Assembly: GCA_904063045.1 (NCBI GenBank)
Contig: CAJFCJ010000007.1
Span: 2,735,404-2,799,403, forward strand
Source: Dimorphilus gyrociliatus
Lineage: Eukaryota; Animalia; Annelida
DNA length: 64,000 nucleotides
Direction: 5' to 3'
Shown here piece after piece: positions 49,072 to 63,087 of this stretch. Within the stretch, counting starts at the first letter, position 1; every line of letters starts with the position of its first letter. The notes below the pieces were generated by a model. That model made no database searches. It had not been told where the DNA came from and worked only from the letters and a program-made list of their open reading frames with translations. A program made the translations under genes and the position numbers.

Positions 49072-52000
49072 CAGAGGAAAGAAACGGATTTGGGAGAAAT
49101 AAAGAGAAACAGATACAAAAACAATTAAATTATACAATAATAAATGATACAACATTTAAAACGATAAACATACATATAGAATATACTGCAAAAAAAAAAA
49201 ACATGCAGTATAAGCTATACATAGTACTCGTTACCTTCTTTAAAGTGCCCTTATCCAACTGAGGGAGGGTGTGTAAAAAATGGAAAAGAGAAAAAAGACA
49301 ATGTATGTGCTCATAAGTTCTATTTTTTTTATTGTTCAAGAGGGAAAAAATGCCCGAGAAAAAGTTTCGAATTAGGGAAGAAAATGAGAAGAAAAGATTG
49401 CAGGATAATCATTTGTGGTTTTAAATAAAAAAAAACGAAGAAAAACTGGAATAATATTGAAAATAATGAAATACTTACGGAATTCTTACATATTCCAGTA
49501 CTTTGAGACATTTCGTGATATGTTGGTGTTACTGTAAATTCAACAATGTTGGTCGATAGAAGGAGTGGTTGCCTTAGGGCTGTAGCAGTAACCTTTCTTG
49601 AAGGGGTTATAACAATTTCGGCGTGGTTTCTTCTATAACGTTGCATAGATGAACTCGACATCTTTTCGTCAAGAGGTTCCGGCAGGGGAGTAGGTAAAGG
49701 AGGCATCATTTCGCAATCGTTTGCATAAACTTTTAATAAAAAGTCGTAGGAAGCTACTTCCGTCGGTTGGAAAATTAATTGGCCAGTAGCTTCTTCACCC
49801 ATTTCCAGAGTAAGTGAGAACTTTCCCGGTTCATTTAGTGCGAATGTTACATCCTCGGGTGAAGTATGATCGGGGAACACAAGTGAAAAGTCCTTGTACC
49901 GAACTAAGTCAAATTGTAGCTGAGCTCTTGACTTTCCCTTGTTGGTAATTAAAAATTCTCTGGCATATTTCGATCCACAGTAGACTCCTCCAAATTGAAA
50001 ACGGCTTAAGTTTACGCTGATCTGGGGAGATTCTATATAACCTCCTATGCGAACATCAGTAGGTTTAACTCCACGAATGGCTACGTCAACTTTGTCATCA
50101 AATTTCATTGCTACTGCTGAACAAACGTTAATATCCAATTCTGCATAACCACCAACTGGAACAACGCCTATCTGAGGAGAAACAGTTATACCTGGTAAAG
50201 GATTTGGCTTTAAAACTTCAAAAAAGGCGTGATATTGCCCCAAATTCTGCAGTAATGCAGTCTTTGTTGTACTCAAATTAATCGGTAAAGCACCGAATTG
50301 TAATCTTCGATCCACAAATTGAACATGAGCTTGACCTAATTTTGCTTGGCAAGTAAAGGTAGAAGAAACGCCTCCGTGCACCGTTAAGGAAAATTCAGCG
50401 TCAAGTGGTGCTAGATAAGAAGGGTGAAAAACAACTTCGCAATCTAAATTAGACTTTGGAGGGACTGTGCCAATTGCAGGACGAATTGAGAAAGCAGTTC
50501 CTTTTCCCTTTAATACAGGATTCCAAGTAAACTCGGCCGTTTGGTTCAAGCGATTTATTAAAGTTATAACTTCCCTGAAGCCGGCATCAGGAGGTAATCC
50601 AGGGGTTGGATTAACTATAAGATGATCCGTAGATAGTTCCAATGCAACAGGTACTACATTAGCAAATACTGTAATATGGGATTTATAGCATCTGTTAACT
50701 GTATATTCGATAGATCTTTGAAATTTTCCGTCATGCTGACATTCCAGGATAAGAGGAAGAATAGCCTTACTTCTAGCCGGTATAACCTGAGAAAGAGGGC
50801 TCGATTGTTGCAATTCTTGGCAATCAAGATTGAACGATATATGAACGAATTGTTCCAAATTATTGATGATATTAACTTCCATCTGACTTTGTGATTTCAT
50901 ACAGACATCGCCAAAGTTAACTTCTGGTGGTCCAATGATAACCTGATGAAGTTCTGCCGGCGAAAGTATCTGAGAGCATTCCAACTTTTCCTTCGCAGTT
51001 GTAGGGATAGCATTTAAGCCATCGACAACATTCTTGCTAGATTTTTGTTGCAATTTGGCTAAATCTTTACTTGACAGTAATTTCCAGTGTGTATTGGGGG
51101 GTGTTGGTGCTGATTAGAAAGAGAATCAATATAATTATCTTATTTACTCTTATAAGACTTAGCTACAGGCTTTACTTACGTCTAGGGTCTGGCTTTACAT
51201 CAGTTATCTTTAGTTTTTTCGGTTTAAGGCCTATAGCAGGCTCCAAATGATTGTCAATAGGATTATTATATTTGAGGTAATCCCTGATTAATAGATATAA
51301 AATTAGATTAATTTTTTTAAAGAAAAAAGTATGCTCACTTTGTCATTATCTTGTTAAATCTATGCCTTCTATGCTCGTCTATTAGATTTTTATAATGTTG
51401 CTTATGCTGTTTAATAGCTTCAGCTTCATTATCCGTAAAAGTATAGTCCGGATCCACGTAATTATACCTTTCCCTTCCTTTAAATACTGTATGATATGTG
51501 GCTTTTCTCTCAGTTGGTCTTAAGCTAGCCGCTCTGTCATTAGGGAATGCTACTAATGCTTTTTCGCTTGTTGGACCTGGCGGAGCAGATTTTAACACAG
51601 CAGCTCTTGGTCCCGTTCTAATTTCGTTTAAAGCTGTTTCCGAGTTCAATCCTACTTCGTGGGTTAATTTAGGGGTAATACCGGGATTATACTTAGGCTG
51701 AATTTTGTTTGTTGTTGATTCACAAATACCCCTAAAGTAGATGGGCACGCTTTCAATAACTTTCTGTAACATTTTAAAAGCGTTCCTATTATCCGAGACC
51801 ATTCCCAAAACGTCAACGTATTGAATAACCTCAAACGAACCAATTTGTTTTGGTTCAAATTTATATATGGTATCCATTGTTTCACCTGGTTTAATTGTTG
51901 CATTATTTGGATCGACGACAAAATGGGCCACTCTTCTAAATTGAAAATTTACTGGTAAAGTTGGACTTTTGTTTGTAACTTTAGCTGCTATTTCTCTCAT

Positions 52001-53316
52001 TTGACCGTTTGATACTTTACCAAAATCGAATTCATTCTTTGGAGAGACGTTAATTTGAACTGGTAGAGCTGAACCAGTAATTGCTACTTCCTTACTTTGT
52101 TTGCCCCCCAGAGCCGCTTTATTACGAATACTCATTTCGTCAAAGCCACCGCTCGCTCCAATTACTTGAATCTTCATAAATAATGAAAAATCTTGCTTTG
52201 GCGGTGACTTTTTCGTAGTGATAAAGCCTTGTTTTGCTAAATTCCATCGAGGAGAGAAACGAAAGAACATTGGCAGACGTTCGTAAGGTTGTAAGGTTCC
52301 CCAATTAGGAAATGTCGTAACTAGAGATGTAAGGTCATTCATCTCCCCTCCTAATTCTGCTTTTAATCTCGTATTACCGGCATTAGCGACTAGGTCTTTC
52401 CCACTCTCTTGACCAACGCTATCTTCATCTAGTACAACAACAAAAGCTATTGGTTCGGGAGAATTATTAAAAAGGACAGTCGGTTGGGTACAATCTGTTC
52501 CATAGTATGCATAGCCGAAGCGAACGCAGTCAATTGAAGATTGCGTACTGTAATCTAATAGTTCAACTCTTCCTTCAACAACTTCGCCTTTAACATTTAA
52601 ATCGAAAGGCTCTTGTAATTCAAGAAAGACGCTATAATGAGATTCATTTATAAATCATCTATACGCTTATTTTAAAAGATATTTACCTCGCAACTTCATC
52701 GATTTTAGCAGCATGTTTAGCAACATATTCAACCCTTACTGGCAATTCCGTTCGTTCTGCTACTTTCCCACGATTTGGCACAAATGTAATAGGCTTATCT
52801 CCATTGTATTCAATGAAAAATTCTCCAGCTTTCGTTCCTTCGTTTCGTATGTAAATGTGTTGTACAACTATTTTACCGTTGTTAACAACATTGCCAAAAT
52901 CTACAAGATTCTCTGCACTTAGAGCGGGAAGTGATGGATAACCAAATATTGGGACCTCGATAACATCTCCATCAACAGTTATTACCAACCTATCAGAGTC
53001 TACCTTTTCGGCTGTAGGACAATATATTACTGTAGCTTTAACATCTAACCCAGGGGCAACAGGCTTTTGGGGACTTTCAGCCTCCATTTCAAATATCTAT
53101 GAGATCAAATGAAAAAATTTTAAGTTTGTTTTGTATTTATATCATTTCGTTTACCTTTTGATTTGGCCCATAATATCTGATAGATCGGCTAACTTTACTT
53201 ATATTAAGCACAGAAATTGATAGTTGATGAACTGTTCCAATTACTGATTCCTTAAATTGTAATACTGGCGGAATAACTCTTACTCCCGAAACGTCTTTAT
53301 GCGTTTCTATCGGCAT
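42267..53316 (-). CDS. CFAP47: Cilia- and flagella-associated protein 47, ~3224 aa, 9 exons
   Basis: Exons 53316-53155, 53096-52687, 52631-51339, 51283-51180, 51109-49479, 49258-49235, 48951-44311, 43786-43630, 43519-42267 (9675 nt). Many ASH/Hydin-type Ig-like repeats, a calponin-homology domain (SERTLLLWLNHHY..WIVNFDLDLLDGLVL) and VALAFPNDRAASLRP-like and AWVDLLLQLLK segments recalled from CFAP47. Confidence 0.9.
49033..49060. repeat. (AG)14 microsatellite in a CFAP47 intron
   Basis: Direct read. Confidence 0.95.
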
Positions 53317-53379
53317 TTTTTAATTAAAGTAACTAATCTATTTAAGTTGTTTATCAGCCATGTTGTATCGCGGGAAATA

Positions 53380-53393
53380 AGTACCATGACAAC
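53380..53393 (-). promoter_or_regulatory. RFX X-box-like site at CFAP47
   Basis: Minus strand GTTGTCATGGTACT, 64 nt upstream of the ATG, with a forkhead-like TGTTTAT nearby. Confidence 0.6.
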
Positions 53394-54088
53394 AAGAAGA
53401 GATCTTTTGCTGTAGAAAACTGGTAAAAAATTTTCCCTCTCAACGCTCCTTTATTAAAAAATTCGAATTTTTATTTAACGTTAATTAAAACTGATTTCAA
53501 TTAATCTTTATACAAATATTCACAGTTATATATACATAATTATTATTAATAATTGAGCGATAACACGTGCTATTTTAGCAAAGGATCCTTCAATAAATAA
53601 AAGAAATCTTACTATTATAAGCGTTTACTATCTCTATATGAGTATACGCTTTGAATACAAACTACTTGAACTAATCGAATGAATTTTCAAGAGGAAAAAT
53701 TATGAAAAAGAGAGTCTTATAACGATTAATAACAGTTGTTCAATCTTTATATTATATATAAATAAATATGTATTGTATATATAGAGAAAAAATTGCACTA
53801 TATAACAAATTGCTTGTGATACTTTCTTTGCTTTAGAAAAGAATTTAATATAAAAATACACATATCGGATGTATTTTCGTATTAAATTAAAAAAAAAACC
53901 AACATGTTTAAAAGTACAAAAAACAGTGAAATGAAGGAAAATTAAATTTAACAAATTATATTATTCTTTCTTCTTCTAATTGATTTTCTTTTCTTCGGGC
54001 TTTGTAGCTTCAATTTCGACTTTTTCATTTCTAAATTATTTATCAAATACATATAATTACTGAAAAAATATAAAAAAAAGAATAATAA

Positions 54089-56048
54089 TTACCTAATAGG
54101 ACTATTTAGACACGACCAAAATAGAATCCATAATGGAAAGAATAAACCAGCGACTACTTTCCATCCCCAACTTCCAAACCACTCTGAGGCTACCACTCCC
54201 ATTGTTAAGATATTTTGGGATTGCAGCCATATCTTCTCTAATGATAGTTCTTGACCCATTAAAAAGCCTCTTATTGAGATATTCCATATTAGAATGAAGA
54301 ATGGACAAGTTGAAATAAGTAAAATCATTTTCAATATATAGAATATCCAACTTTTAGAAGGTGAAGCTAATAAAGCACTCGGTACGGAGAAAACAAGAAT
54401 GATTGCCCCTAATGAAGCATTGAGAACACAAACAGCACTAGTAGATACAGCAAAGATAATCAAAGCAACACTGTGCAACAGGTTCGCATCCCAAAAATCA
54501 CCTTTACCATTTTTAGCTTTTCTCGTTAGCATGTATGGTAAAAGGATCGCTGCCATGTGGAGTGAAAACGTTCCCCAGCCTAAAGCCTCAGGTGCGGGTA
54601 ATCGAATCGCTCTAGCTACTCGAACAAGATGATCTGGTGCAAAGAGACTTAGCAATCCCATAATGATGGATAAAACAATCGGAGGCACTATAGGGGAAAA
54701 TGTAGCATTTTTCGCCCTTGTCCACAAAACTAAAGCCCTCATCAAGAGTGGAAGAGACATTACACCAAGAGGAGGCATGTAAAGTCCAATACTTATGTAC
54801 CTTTGATAAAAAATGCCATTTAATGAATTCTAGATAAGGAAATATTTATCAATTACCTGTCAGTATGTGGTAGGATGTAAAAGAAAAACGACTGATGAAA
54901 TCTTTCTAATAAATTATTTAAACTCCGGCAAATACCCTCTAGAACAAACCCAATATCCATAATATCAGAAGATGAGGATTTACTAGAGCCCTGTGATCTC
55001 ATTGTCAAAGATGGAATTCCAAATTTTAAAAATGGGGCATGTGCAGCTGTAGCTACACCAGATGCCTGAGCCCAAACAGCCCTCACAAGGGTGCCTAAGG
55101 TATACTTCCAACTATTGGGAGAGATTTTCTTGTCTCGTCGTCCTTGAAGAGCAATACGAACTCCCCTTTGTTTACACAACAAAGCCAACGAATTAAGTAG
55201 ATCCAAATTGGGCATTTGACCATTAATTCCTTCCAAAATAAAATTAATGGTTGAAAATCTATCAGCAAGAATTTCAACGTTTAAAGCAGCTTGAATACTT
55301 CCACTACGGGTAGCGAGATGAGATGGCTGATAATATGAATTAAACAGTAAAAACATTAAGATTAATAAACAACAAAATAATATGATATAATTCCAATAGT
55401 TACACTTATAAATTCAGATGTTCGGATATCATGATAGGCGTCCAGCCACGCTTGAACTCCAACACTATCATATTCGGTAAAAAGGAAAATTATATCTTTG
55501 GCCCAATAACTTTTGTGTCTCATCATATCAGCCATTTTAATAAGAAGGGATATAGATGTAACTGTTGATTCTTCTTCCCCTCTCCAAGGTACTAATAAAA
55601 CAAATGCTTCGAAGCTAGCTGATTTTGGAGCCCTTAATATTCCATATACATTTCTTCCTTTCCACTCATTTCTTTGGTGCATTTCATTCTCAGGTTCGAG
55701 CGGATAGGAGAAGGAGAAATTTTGAATGGACACATCTAAACCTAATTCGAACATTTTATTATATAACCAATCGGCTGGAATTTTTCTTTCTTCATCTTTC
55801 CGCATTTCGGCTTTTAGCTCAGCCTTTAACTGAGATGGATTGTAAAATGAGCTAAATTCATTGTCTACAATACCGGTTAGGAGAGCATTTTCTGAAAAGT
55901 AGGTACCGGCATTAAATCTTGGATCGGAGAGGAGACAGAACCAAACTAAGCCGCCAACGTAACATAAAACTGATAATGGAATATGATATTTATCCAAGAA
56001 AAGACCTAATATTTCCGTTTGCCTACTACCCGATGTGAGCAAACCCAT
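54089..56048 (-). CDS. GPAA1: GPI transamidase subunit GAA1, 608 aa
   Basis: Exons 56048-55404, 55326-54857, 54800-54089 (1827 nt). Motifs TYFSENAL, VYGILRAP, YWAKDIIFL, GSIQAALN, NGQMPNLDL, SLNNLLERFHQSFFFY and YISIGLYMPP, followed by C-terminal TM helices. Confidence 0.96.
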
Positions 56049-56393
56049 CTTATCCGTTATAAAGCTTTTCTTCAATAAGGAACTTTGTTATATTTACAAG
56101 AATATCGGAGAATGCACAAAAGTAAAATATTATTTTATACCAGTTTTTAAATATTTCAAGTTTTCCGGAAATTGTTAAAATTCATAATTCAGATGTCGCT
56201 TTTGAATTATTATCTCTAGCTTTAGAGTATATATTAAAAGTCTATATAAAATAATCTTAGATAAAAAGCAGACGAATGTACATAGCGTTAAAAACTGTTC
56301 ACAACAAAAAATTTGCAGTGTCCGGAATAAGTCTAGATAATATGTTTGACTTTGGTAAATTATAGCTAGTACAGAAACAGAATTAGTTCGCAA

Positions 56394-56697
56394 ATGGCCT
56401 TATTTCGTGCTGTAAGTATTCCCATCATATTAAATAACGACTTAATAAACATAATGAATATTGAGTTGGTAAATATTAATAGTTGTAATTCCCTTTGTTA
56501 TCAGCTATGGTTCGCCGTTGGTGTCTATGCTGGAATATACATTGATCAGCATTACCAGGTTTATCCTATATATTTACCTAAACAATTGTAATGTTAGTTT
56601 TATGATTCTGAAGGTACCAAAAGTCGACGATCCGAAAGCGCTATACGACAAGATCAGAGAATATGTTGGTCAGTTTGAAAAACCTAAGAAAGACTAA
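56394..56697 (+). CDS. STMP1: Short transmembrane mitochondrial protein 1-like microprotein, 51 aa
   Basis: Exons 56394-56411, 56505-56558, 56614-56697 give MALFRALWFAVGVYAGIYIDQHYQVPKVDDPKALYDKIREYVGQFEKPKKD. The GxYxGIYxxQxYxVP pattern fits the STMP1/C7orf73 family. Confidence 0.8.
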
Positions 56698-56884
56698 ACT
56701 TTCCAAAATCTATATACTACTTTTATATAAATGTATATATATATAACTAGTATAGGATTATAAATCCTTATCACTATTACAAAATAACTCAAGAGTATCG
56801 AGTTCTAACATCGATTTTACGGCCAAATGTGTATTACTACAATTCTAATTGTCAAAAAAACAGAGGAAAATCATGACGCTAAAT

Positions 56885-57637
56885 TCACATTCCAGTACCA
56901 TAGTTAGCACCACCAGCTCTTTTAACTTCTTGTAGTATTTTTTCTTCGGTTATCTCATCTTTATCAGATGGAGAGATTTCAGCGGAGAAAGACTATTTAA
57001 GATAAACAAAACTTATTATTAACGAGTATCTGGTCATGTGTTTATTAATAATAGCTTTTTTTTAAATTTATTTACCTTGACCACTTCCTTTATAAGAGAT
57101 CTTGCCTGAGTCATCTTTGCTCTTTTTAAAGCAGCAACATTTTCTCCTATCCAAGATATAAAAGCAAATTTAGCTCTTTTGGATAATTCATCTCCAGTGG
57201 TCACTCTAACGAAGACAAATTGACGCTGATCATCGGCAATCTTCTCCAAAAACTCTGAATTATCATTTCCGGAGCATATAAGTACGATTTTATCCGAATC
57301 GTCAAAACCGAACAATGCCCTATAAAATTTCAATAAAAAATAGAAATATTATAATTTATTACTTTTTTCAAAGGAAAGAAATAAAGTAAAAACGAAAAGG
57401 ATAGGATTTTATTTTTTTTTTTCCCTTATTTTCTATATCAACTTATCATTAAATAGTTTGTTTGCTAACAGCGTTATGTCAATTCGATAAGCTTTTAAAT
57501 TTGTTGTTGGTTGTGCACGTTCTTATTATACTTTTTAAGGAAACGAATCTTTTCATTTTGAATTGTACTCACCATGATGTAGGCGTCTGATCACTTCTAA
57601 CATCTTCATATGCTTCTATGATTGCTTGGCGATCCAT
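56885..57637 (-). CDS. COTL1: Coactosin-like ADF-H protein, 138 aa
   Basis: Exons 57637-57573, 57319-57076, 56992-56885 (417 nt). Motifs RVTTGDELSKRAKFAFISWIGENV and RAGGANY. Confidence 0.93.
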
Positions 57638-59420
57638 TCCTAATAATTTTTACTAGATTGAAATTCTATTTTTAAGTGGAGAGCGGGAAACGACGAGATA
57701 TCGACTATTCGAACACTCACTTCCTAGTATACTGCCGCCTACTTAAAAATAAAGATAGGCCAAGAATCGAAAGGCCTTTGATTTTTTTTGCTCAATGATT
57801 CGATTTCAGTATTTTTTCGTTTTTAATTATTATTAGCTTGATATTTTTTATCAAAGCATCTTTTTCTGTTTTGTTGTTTCTTTACCATCTTCTTTTCTTT
57901 ATCTCCTCTGCTTCCCTAACTTTGTTAAACAGCCTATCTTTCCCTTATCCTCCTTCAACACACCCACAAACTTAAACAAGTCTTTCGATAAATCATTGTT
58001 AATTTCTCTTTACCCTTTTTTTTTCATTGCTAAGGACTTAAGTGTATATATGTATATACATGGATATCTTTTATATAAAGAAATTAACTATTTAATTCGG
58101 CCGGAAATAGTTTCTTAGGCTTAAAAGATGATAATAGCCTTTTTATATGTATTTAAAAGTATTTGAAACTGTATTTATTTGACATTTCTCAACTTTCTCT
58201 TATCAGAGAAAAATCTCCCTTTTAGAACGTTTTTATTCTTAGCAAATATGGATGATATATGTAGGCTTATAAATTAAAAATACCAAAAGAAACCTCTTAC
58301 CAGAAACAGTAAAACAAAAAAATTATTAATATTTATAAAAGCTTTTTGGAAAGTATAGTCGTCTCTCTCTCTCTCTCTGTCTTTGTCTTTTTATATATAT
58401 ATTCTATAAAAACGAAAATCAAGTTTTATCTTATAATCATAACTTTTTCCTGATTTTAAATTACGAATTAATAGGTTTTTACATTAGAAATATATAGGTC
58501 ATACCTATTTTTAATTTTTACATAATTATCAAGTTTTTATGAAGACCTATATTAAGAAATAGGCTTATCAAAAACAAGGATAAAGCGGTGCCTTGCGGAT
58601 CGCTTACACGGATCGTTGATATTAATTGTATTCGTCACGATAAATGTTAGATTTTAAGAGGAAATAGAAATAATATTGCTTCCTCGAGATTATGCATGTT
58701 TTTTAAATAATTAAACATCCGTTATTACTCCGCAAGAAAGAAGGAAGAGTCCTATATCTTATAGTACATATGGCGCCATCTTAAAGATTTTGCTGTCATT
58801 TTCATAATTTTCTAATATTAATGAATACAATTAAATGAAAGATATCAAATATAAAGGTCAAAGGCTAGGAATCATATTTGAAAACTGATTAAAATAATAA
58901 CAGCTTTAATCTGTGAAATAAGTCTGTACCACCTACTAAAATGAAATAATCTAAATCTATTTACAGTAGTACTGTTTTATAAAAGAGAATTTTTTATTAT
59001 AATAAAAAATACACTATTCGACAAATAATTTGATTTTAAATAATTCAATAAAGTTGGTCTTTAACGGGAATAATTTTATCTTCGTAATTAAGTACTCTAT
59101 TTTAAGTCTTTAAATTAGGAATCTTTAAAATTTAACATGTTATCTTTCTTTCATTATTGATAATGTAAAATTTTAATATTTACCAATTACCGAATCGATT
59201 GTTTGTTTTTATTCCCTCTGTATACGAAAAGTAATACCTAAATAGAATCGACAAATAGAATCTTCAGCATGTTCGATTGATTAGAAAACGACAAAAATTC
59301 TGTTTATTATTAACGATTTGTAAACATAAAAAATCCAAATTTTCATTTGATCTGCTTCATTTTTAAAATTCTGAAGAAATAGCACCTGATTTTCTTGCAA
59401 TTGTGACTAGCTAATTCCTA

Positions 59421-62354
59421 TTATCGATGATTTTCGTTGAGTAATTGGAATTTCCACCGTTGTGAAGCTTTTTCTGCATCGCACGGTCCGACTCCTACCC
59501 CATCCAAAGATCTTATATACTCCGAATCGATGCATAAATCTGAATCTATATGCTTCAGCATTTTTTTGTCGTTAAACGGCACGAATTTCTGTAAATATGC
59601 AAATTTGTATTAATTTTAGTTGGTTTTTCTTTGTGTATAATTATATTATTTTGATAAACTGATCGCAGGCCTTCGATCTGCATAGTTTTATAGATTAAAT
59701 CTTCTAACTACCTGCATTAAATCTTTTGATTTACAATCTCTCAATCGCAGCAGAGAACCTTCAGCTTGTTTTTCCATCGTCAAGCAAAATCTGTGATGTT
59801 TCACTTGATTTTCCTTTGATAATACCCATTCCTGATTTCCACCAGACATATGGCAAGTATATAGACTAACAGTTTCACCTTGTTGATGGGAAAGCGTATC
59901 TAAGCAGCTAGAGCCTTGAATTAGAGCCCCAAAGTTTACATCTTGCTTATTTGGTATGCTATTTGAAAAAAAGATATTTTAACAAAGAGGATACTGAAAA
60001 ACGATCTCGAAAGGCTTGTTGACAGTGCATTGAATTAAGAGTTATTTCTAGCCTAATTAAGTTAAGAGTTAAGCCTTCCTAAGGCAATATCTTTCTAACA
60101 ACAGCCACTTTATCTTTTGTACTAAATAATTAGGCAATTTATCTTATTCGAAAACAGCAGAAAATGCATACTCTAATTCCGGATAAATATTTTCCAAATA
60201 CCATTTGAAAGGTTTGCATTGTAATTTCTTCCTAAGGGATACTCTCTCGCTAATATCACCATAATTGACATATTTGGCTGAAGGTACGGAGGCAAAGTAA
60301 AACTGTTTGTATTCATCCATCCATGCTTCGGCCGCTCTTCTTGTATTTCTAGCAAACACATTTCCACTGCCACCAGGAAATGAATAAGGATGCTGCTTTC
60401 TAAACACATGACCTACTCGACTGCAAGGAATAATTTCTAAAGAACCATGGCACTGCCAAACTCTAAATGATATTTCTGTTTCAAAACATAAAATATACAA
60501 AATATATTTTGTAATATTTGTTAAAAAATTAATTTAATAGATTACCCAAATTCTCTCCCCCCCAGACATCCATTTTTGTGTCATATTTCCCTAGTTCGTT
60601 AAAGAAATCTTTGCTAATGGCAAAAAGTCCTCCAGCTATCATTGGAGTTTTTATTGGAGCAATAGGCTGCTTGGCGTGTTCCGCTCGCTCAGCGTCTGTC
60701 ATATAAATCCATTTAAAGACTAAATTCCAATCAAAGCCTCCTTTTAATAGGTCTGATGCAGCGGAGTAATGAAAATTATCCATATTCAACACGTCAATTA
60801 TAGGAGACACAACTGCCTTCCGATTCTCATGAATCCTTGATAAAAGAGCTTCCAACCACTGATTTCCGCATTCACAATGACTGTCTAAAAAAGTGAGAAC
60901 AGGTGCTTTTGCAGCATTAGCGCCTCTAACTCTTGAGCGGATTAATCCCTGTCTCTTTTCATTTCGAAGAACACGTACTTTATGAATTTTAGCTAATTCT
61001 GATCCATCAGTTGGATCATCACTATGATCATCAACTAAGATAATTTCTTCCAAAAGCTCCTCCGGGCTTCTATTAATGACACTAACAATTGTCCTAAGTA
61101 AAGTTGACCGTGCTTCATTAAAGAAAGTTATAATGATAGAAGTTTTGGGCAGATTTTTTGAATATTGAACATGCTGGCATCTGAAAAATAAAATAGAGTT
61201 ATTAAAATTAATTACACGTCTATTTACCATATAATGAATAATTCATAAAGATCTAAAAGTCGATACGGAGCAATCAAAACTGTTACATATCAATATTGAT
61301 TATGACCTATGCCTGGTATGAAAGTTGTTTCTATAAATATTTTACAAGTATGTTTTATCAGACAATATATTTACATCAGTTTAATAGATAAGGTATCTGG
61401 GTGTACTAAGCTATTAAAATATATCAATACTAAATTATTATCTATATGTAGAGGTAAATTTAACTATTTTTTATAAACTAGAGGGAGTAAGCCAAATTAG
61501 ATAAAAAGTAATACATTGTAAGTAAAAATGACTTACCTATAATTCCTTACATCGGGTATATCTCTATTACTTGGAATACTATCACTAACAGCTTGATTAA
61601 ACTTGTGTCTGCTATACGAATCTTGACCAGGTTTTAACCGTTTTTTATCTATATAGGCTTTTTCGTTGAAGTATACGTTGGTTGCAGTAAATTGATACTT
61701 GTTGGTTAGACCATCATTAAGTGAATCGTCATATTCACCTTCTTTCAATAAAAGTGCTTTATTAGATAAAGGCTATAAATGGATAAAAAGAACATTAATT
61801 TTTTTCAATATAGTACATAAAAAAAAGTTTTTACGAGCAATAAAAATTAAGGCAAATAATGATATTTCATTTCGTTTAATACTATTTAATGAAATATTGC
61901 AGAAACAATCATTTAAAGAAAACTATCGGTTTTTTCTTACTCGCGAATAAAACATCTAATATTTGCAACATAAAACCTTTATTTTTATAGACAATACCGA
62001 AATTTACTAATTTTCATATTTCACGAGAAACTGCATTCATTTACCACAAGTAATAATCATAGTGGGTTTTTTTTTGTAGATACTTAATACATATAGTTTA
62101 ATATTCATACTGGTAAATTGAAGTGTGTATTTGCTTGTAAATATTCAGTTTATATAATAAAATAGTCAACAAATTATTTTATACAATAGGAATCTTATCC
62201 TATATTAACCGCTTCTTAGGCCTAAGGCGATAATTAAGCTATAAGAATATAAGGAACTAACCTCAGAAGGGCCTGAGAAGAAATAATATAAAACTCCAAT
62301 GGCCCACAAACAGATTAAAATTAAAAGAATCCTAGAATTCCGTCGAATTTTCAT
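59421..62354 (-). CDS. GALNT2: Polypeptide N-acetylgalactosaminyltransferase 2, 560 aa
   Basis: Exons 62354-62262, 61772-61537, 61180-60546, 60475-60172, 59958-59712, 59588-59421 (1683 nt). Type II anchor ([21 protein letters not shown]), FLDSHCE (DxH), [32 protein letters not shown] and a ricin-type lectin domain. Confidence 0.95.
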
Positions 62355-63087
62355 TCCAAGGGGGCGAACTTTCTATGAATCCAATAGATGCCGTTATGAG
62401 CACACCAGTTTACAACAAAGCAAAAGAGGTACCGTGCTCTACATCCTAACAGATGTTAGTCATTTGCGGATGGAGCAACAGCATGCAAAGTTTTCAATTA
62501 CTTTCCTATTTACTCTCTTTAGAATTGTTACAGTTATTAGAAAATAAATCCCTTGTTGAATACCTTTAGAAAGTCTTATGATTCTCTTTTTATATGTAAG
62601 CAAAAAAATCGCCTATGTTCAGCAGATAGTTTTCAAGTTTGCAAACAGAACTCATGAAATTTGCTTTGTTACTTGAAACCTATCATCTTTAATGAGTAAG
62701 GGGAAATCATTTTTATCTGTTGCCAAAGAAATTTTCCATAGTAATTGCTTAAATATTTATAAATCTTCCTTTTCCATATTGATTTATGATGTCAAACAAA
62801 GGTAATTTAAACTCTTGAAGAGACAGAAACTGAAGATGTCTCTACTTAGATGCTCAGATGACAATTTACAGTTAGAAATGGCCTTATATAGTAATAGTGT
62901 AAAAAAATTGAAGAATTCTGCTGTAAAATTCCCCTTTGTTTAGCTAATCTATATAACGTAGGAGGTGGAGGCGGATGAGGAGGAGGAGAAATTACGAGGC
63001 AGAGAAGCCTTAAGAACATTATACTTAGCTCGCAATAGCCCTGAGACCCCTCCAACCGTTATATTGCTATTTTTTATAACTTCAAAA

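Noticed and set aside
62965-63087. N-terminal extension of the SOCS-box ORF
   Set aside because: It starts at GTG within a GGA/GGT repeat; the first ATG in good context is 63088.
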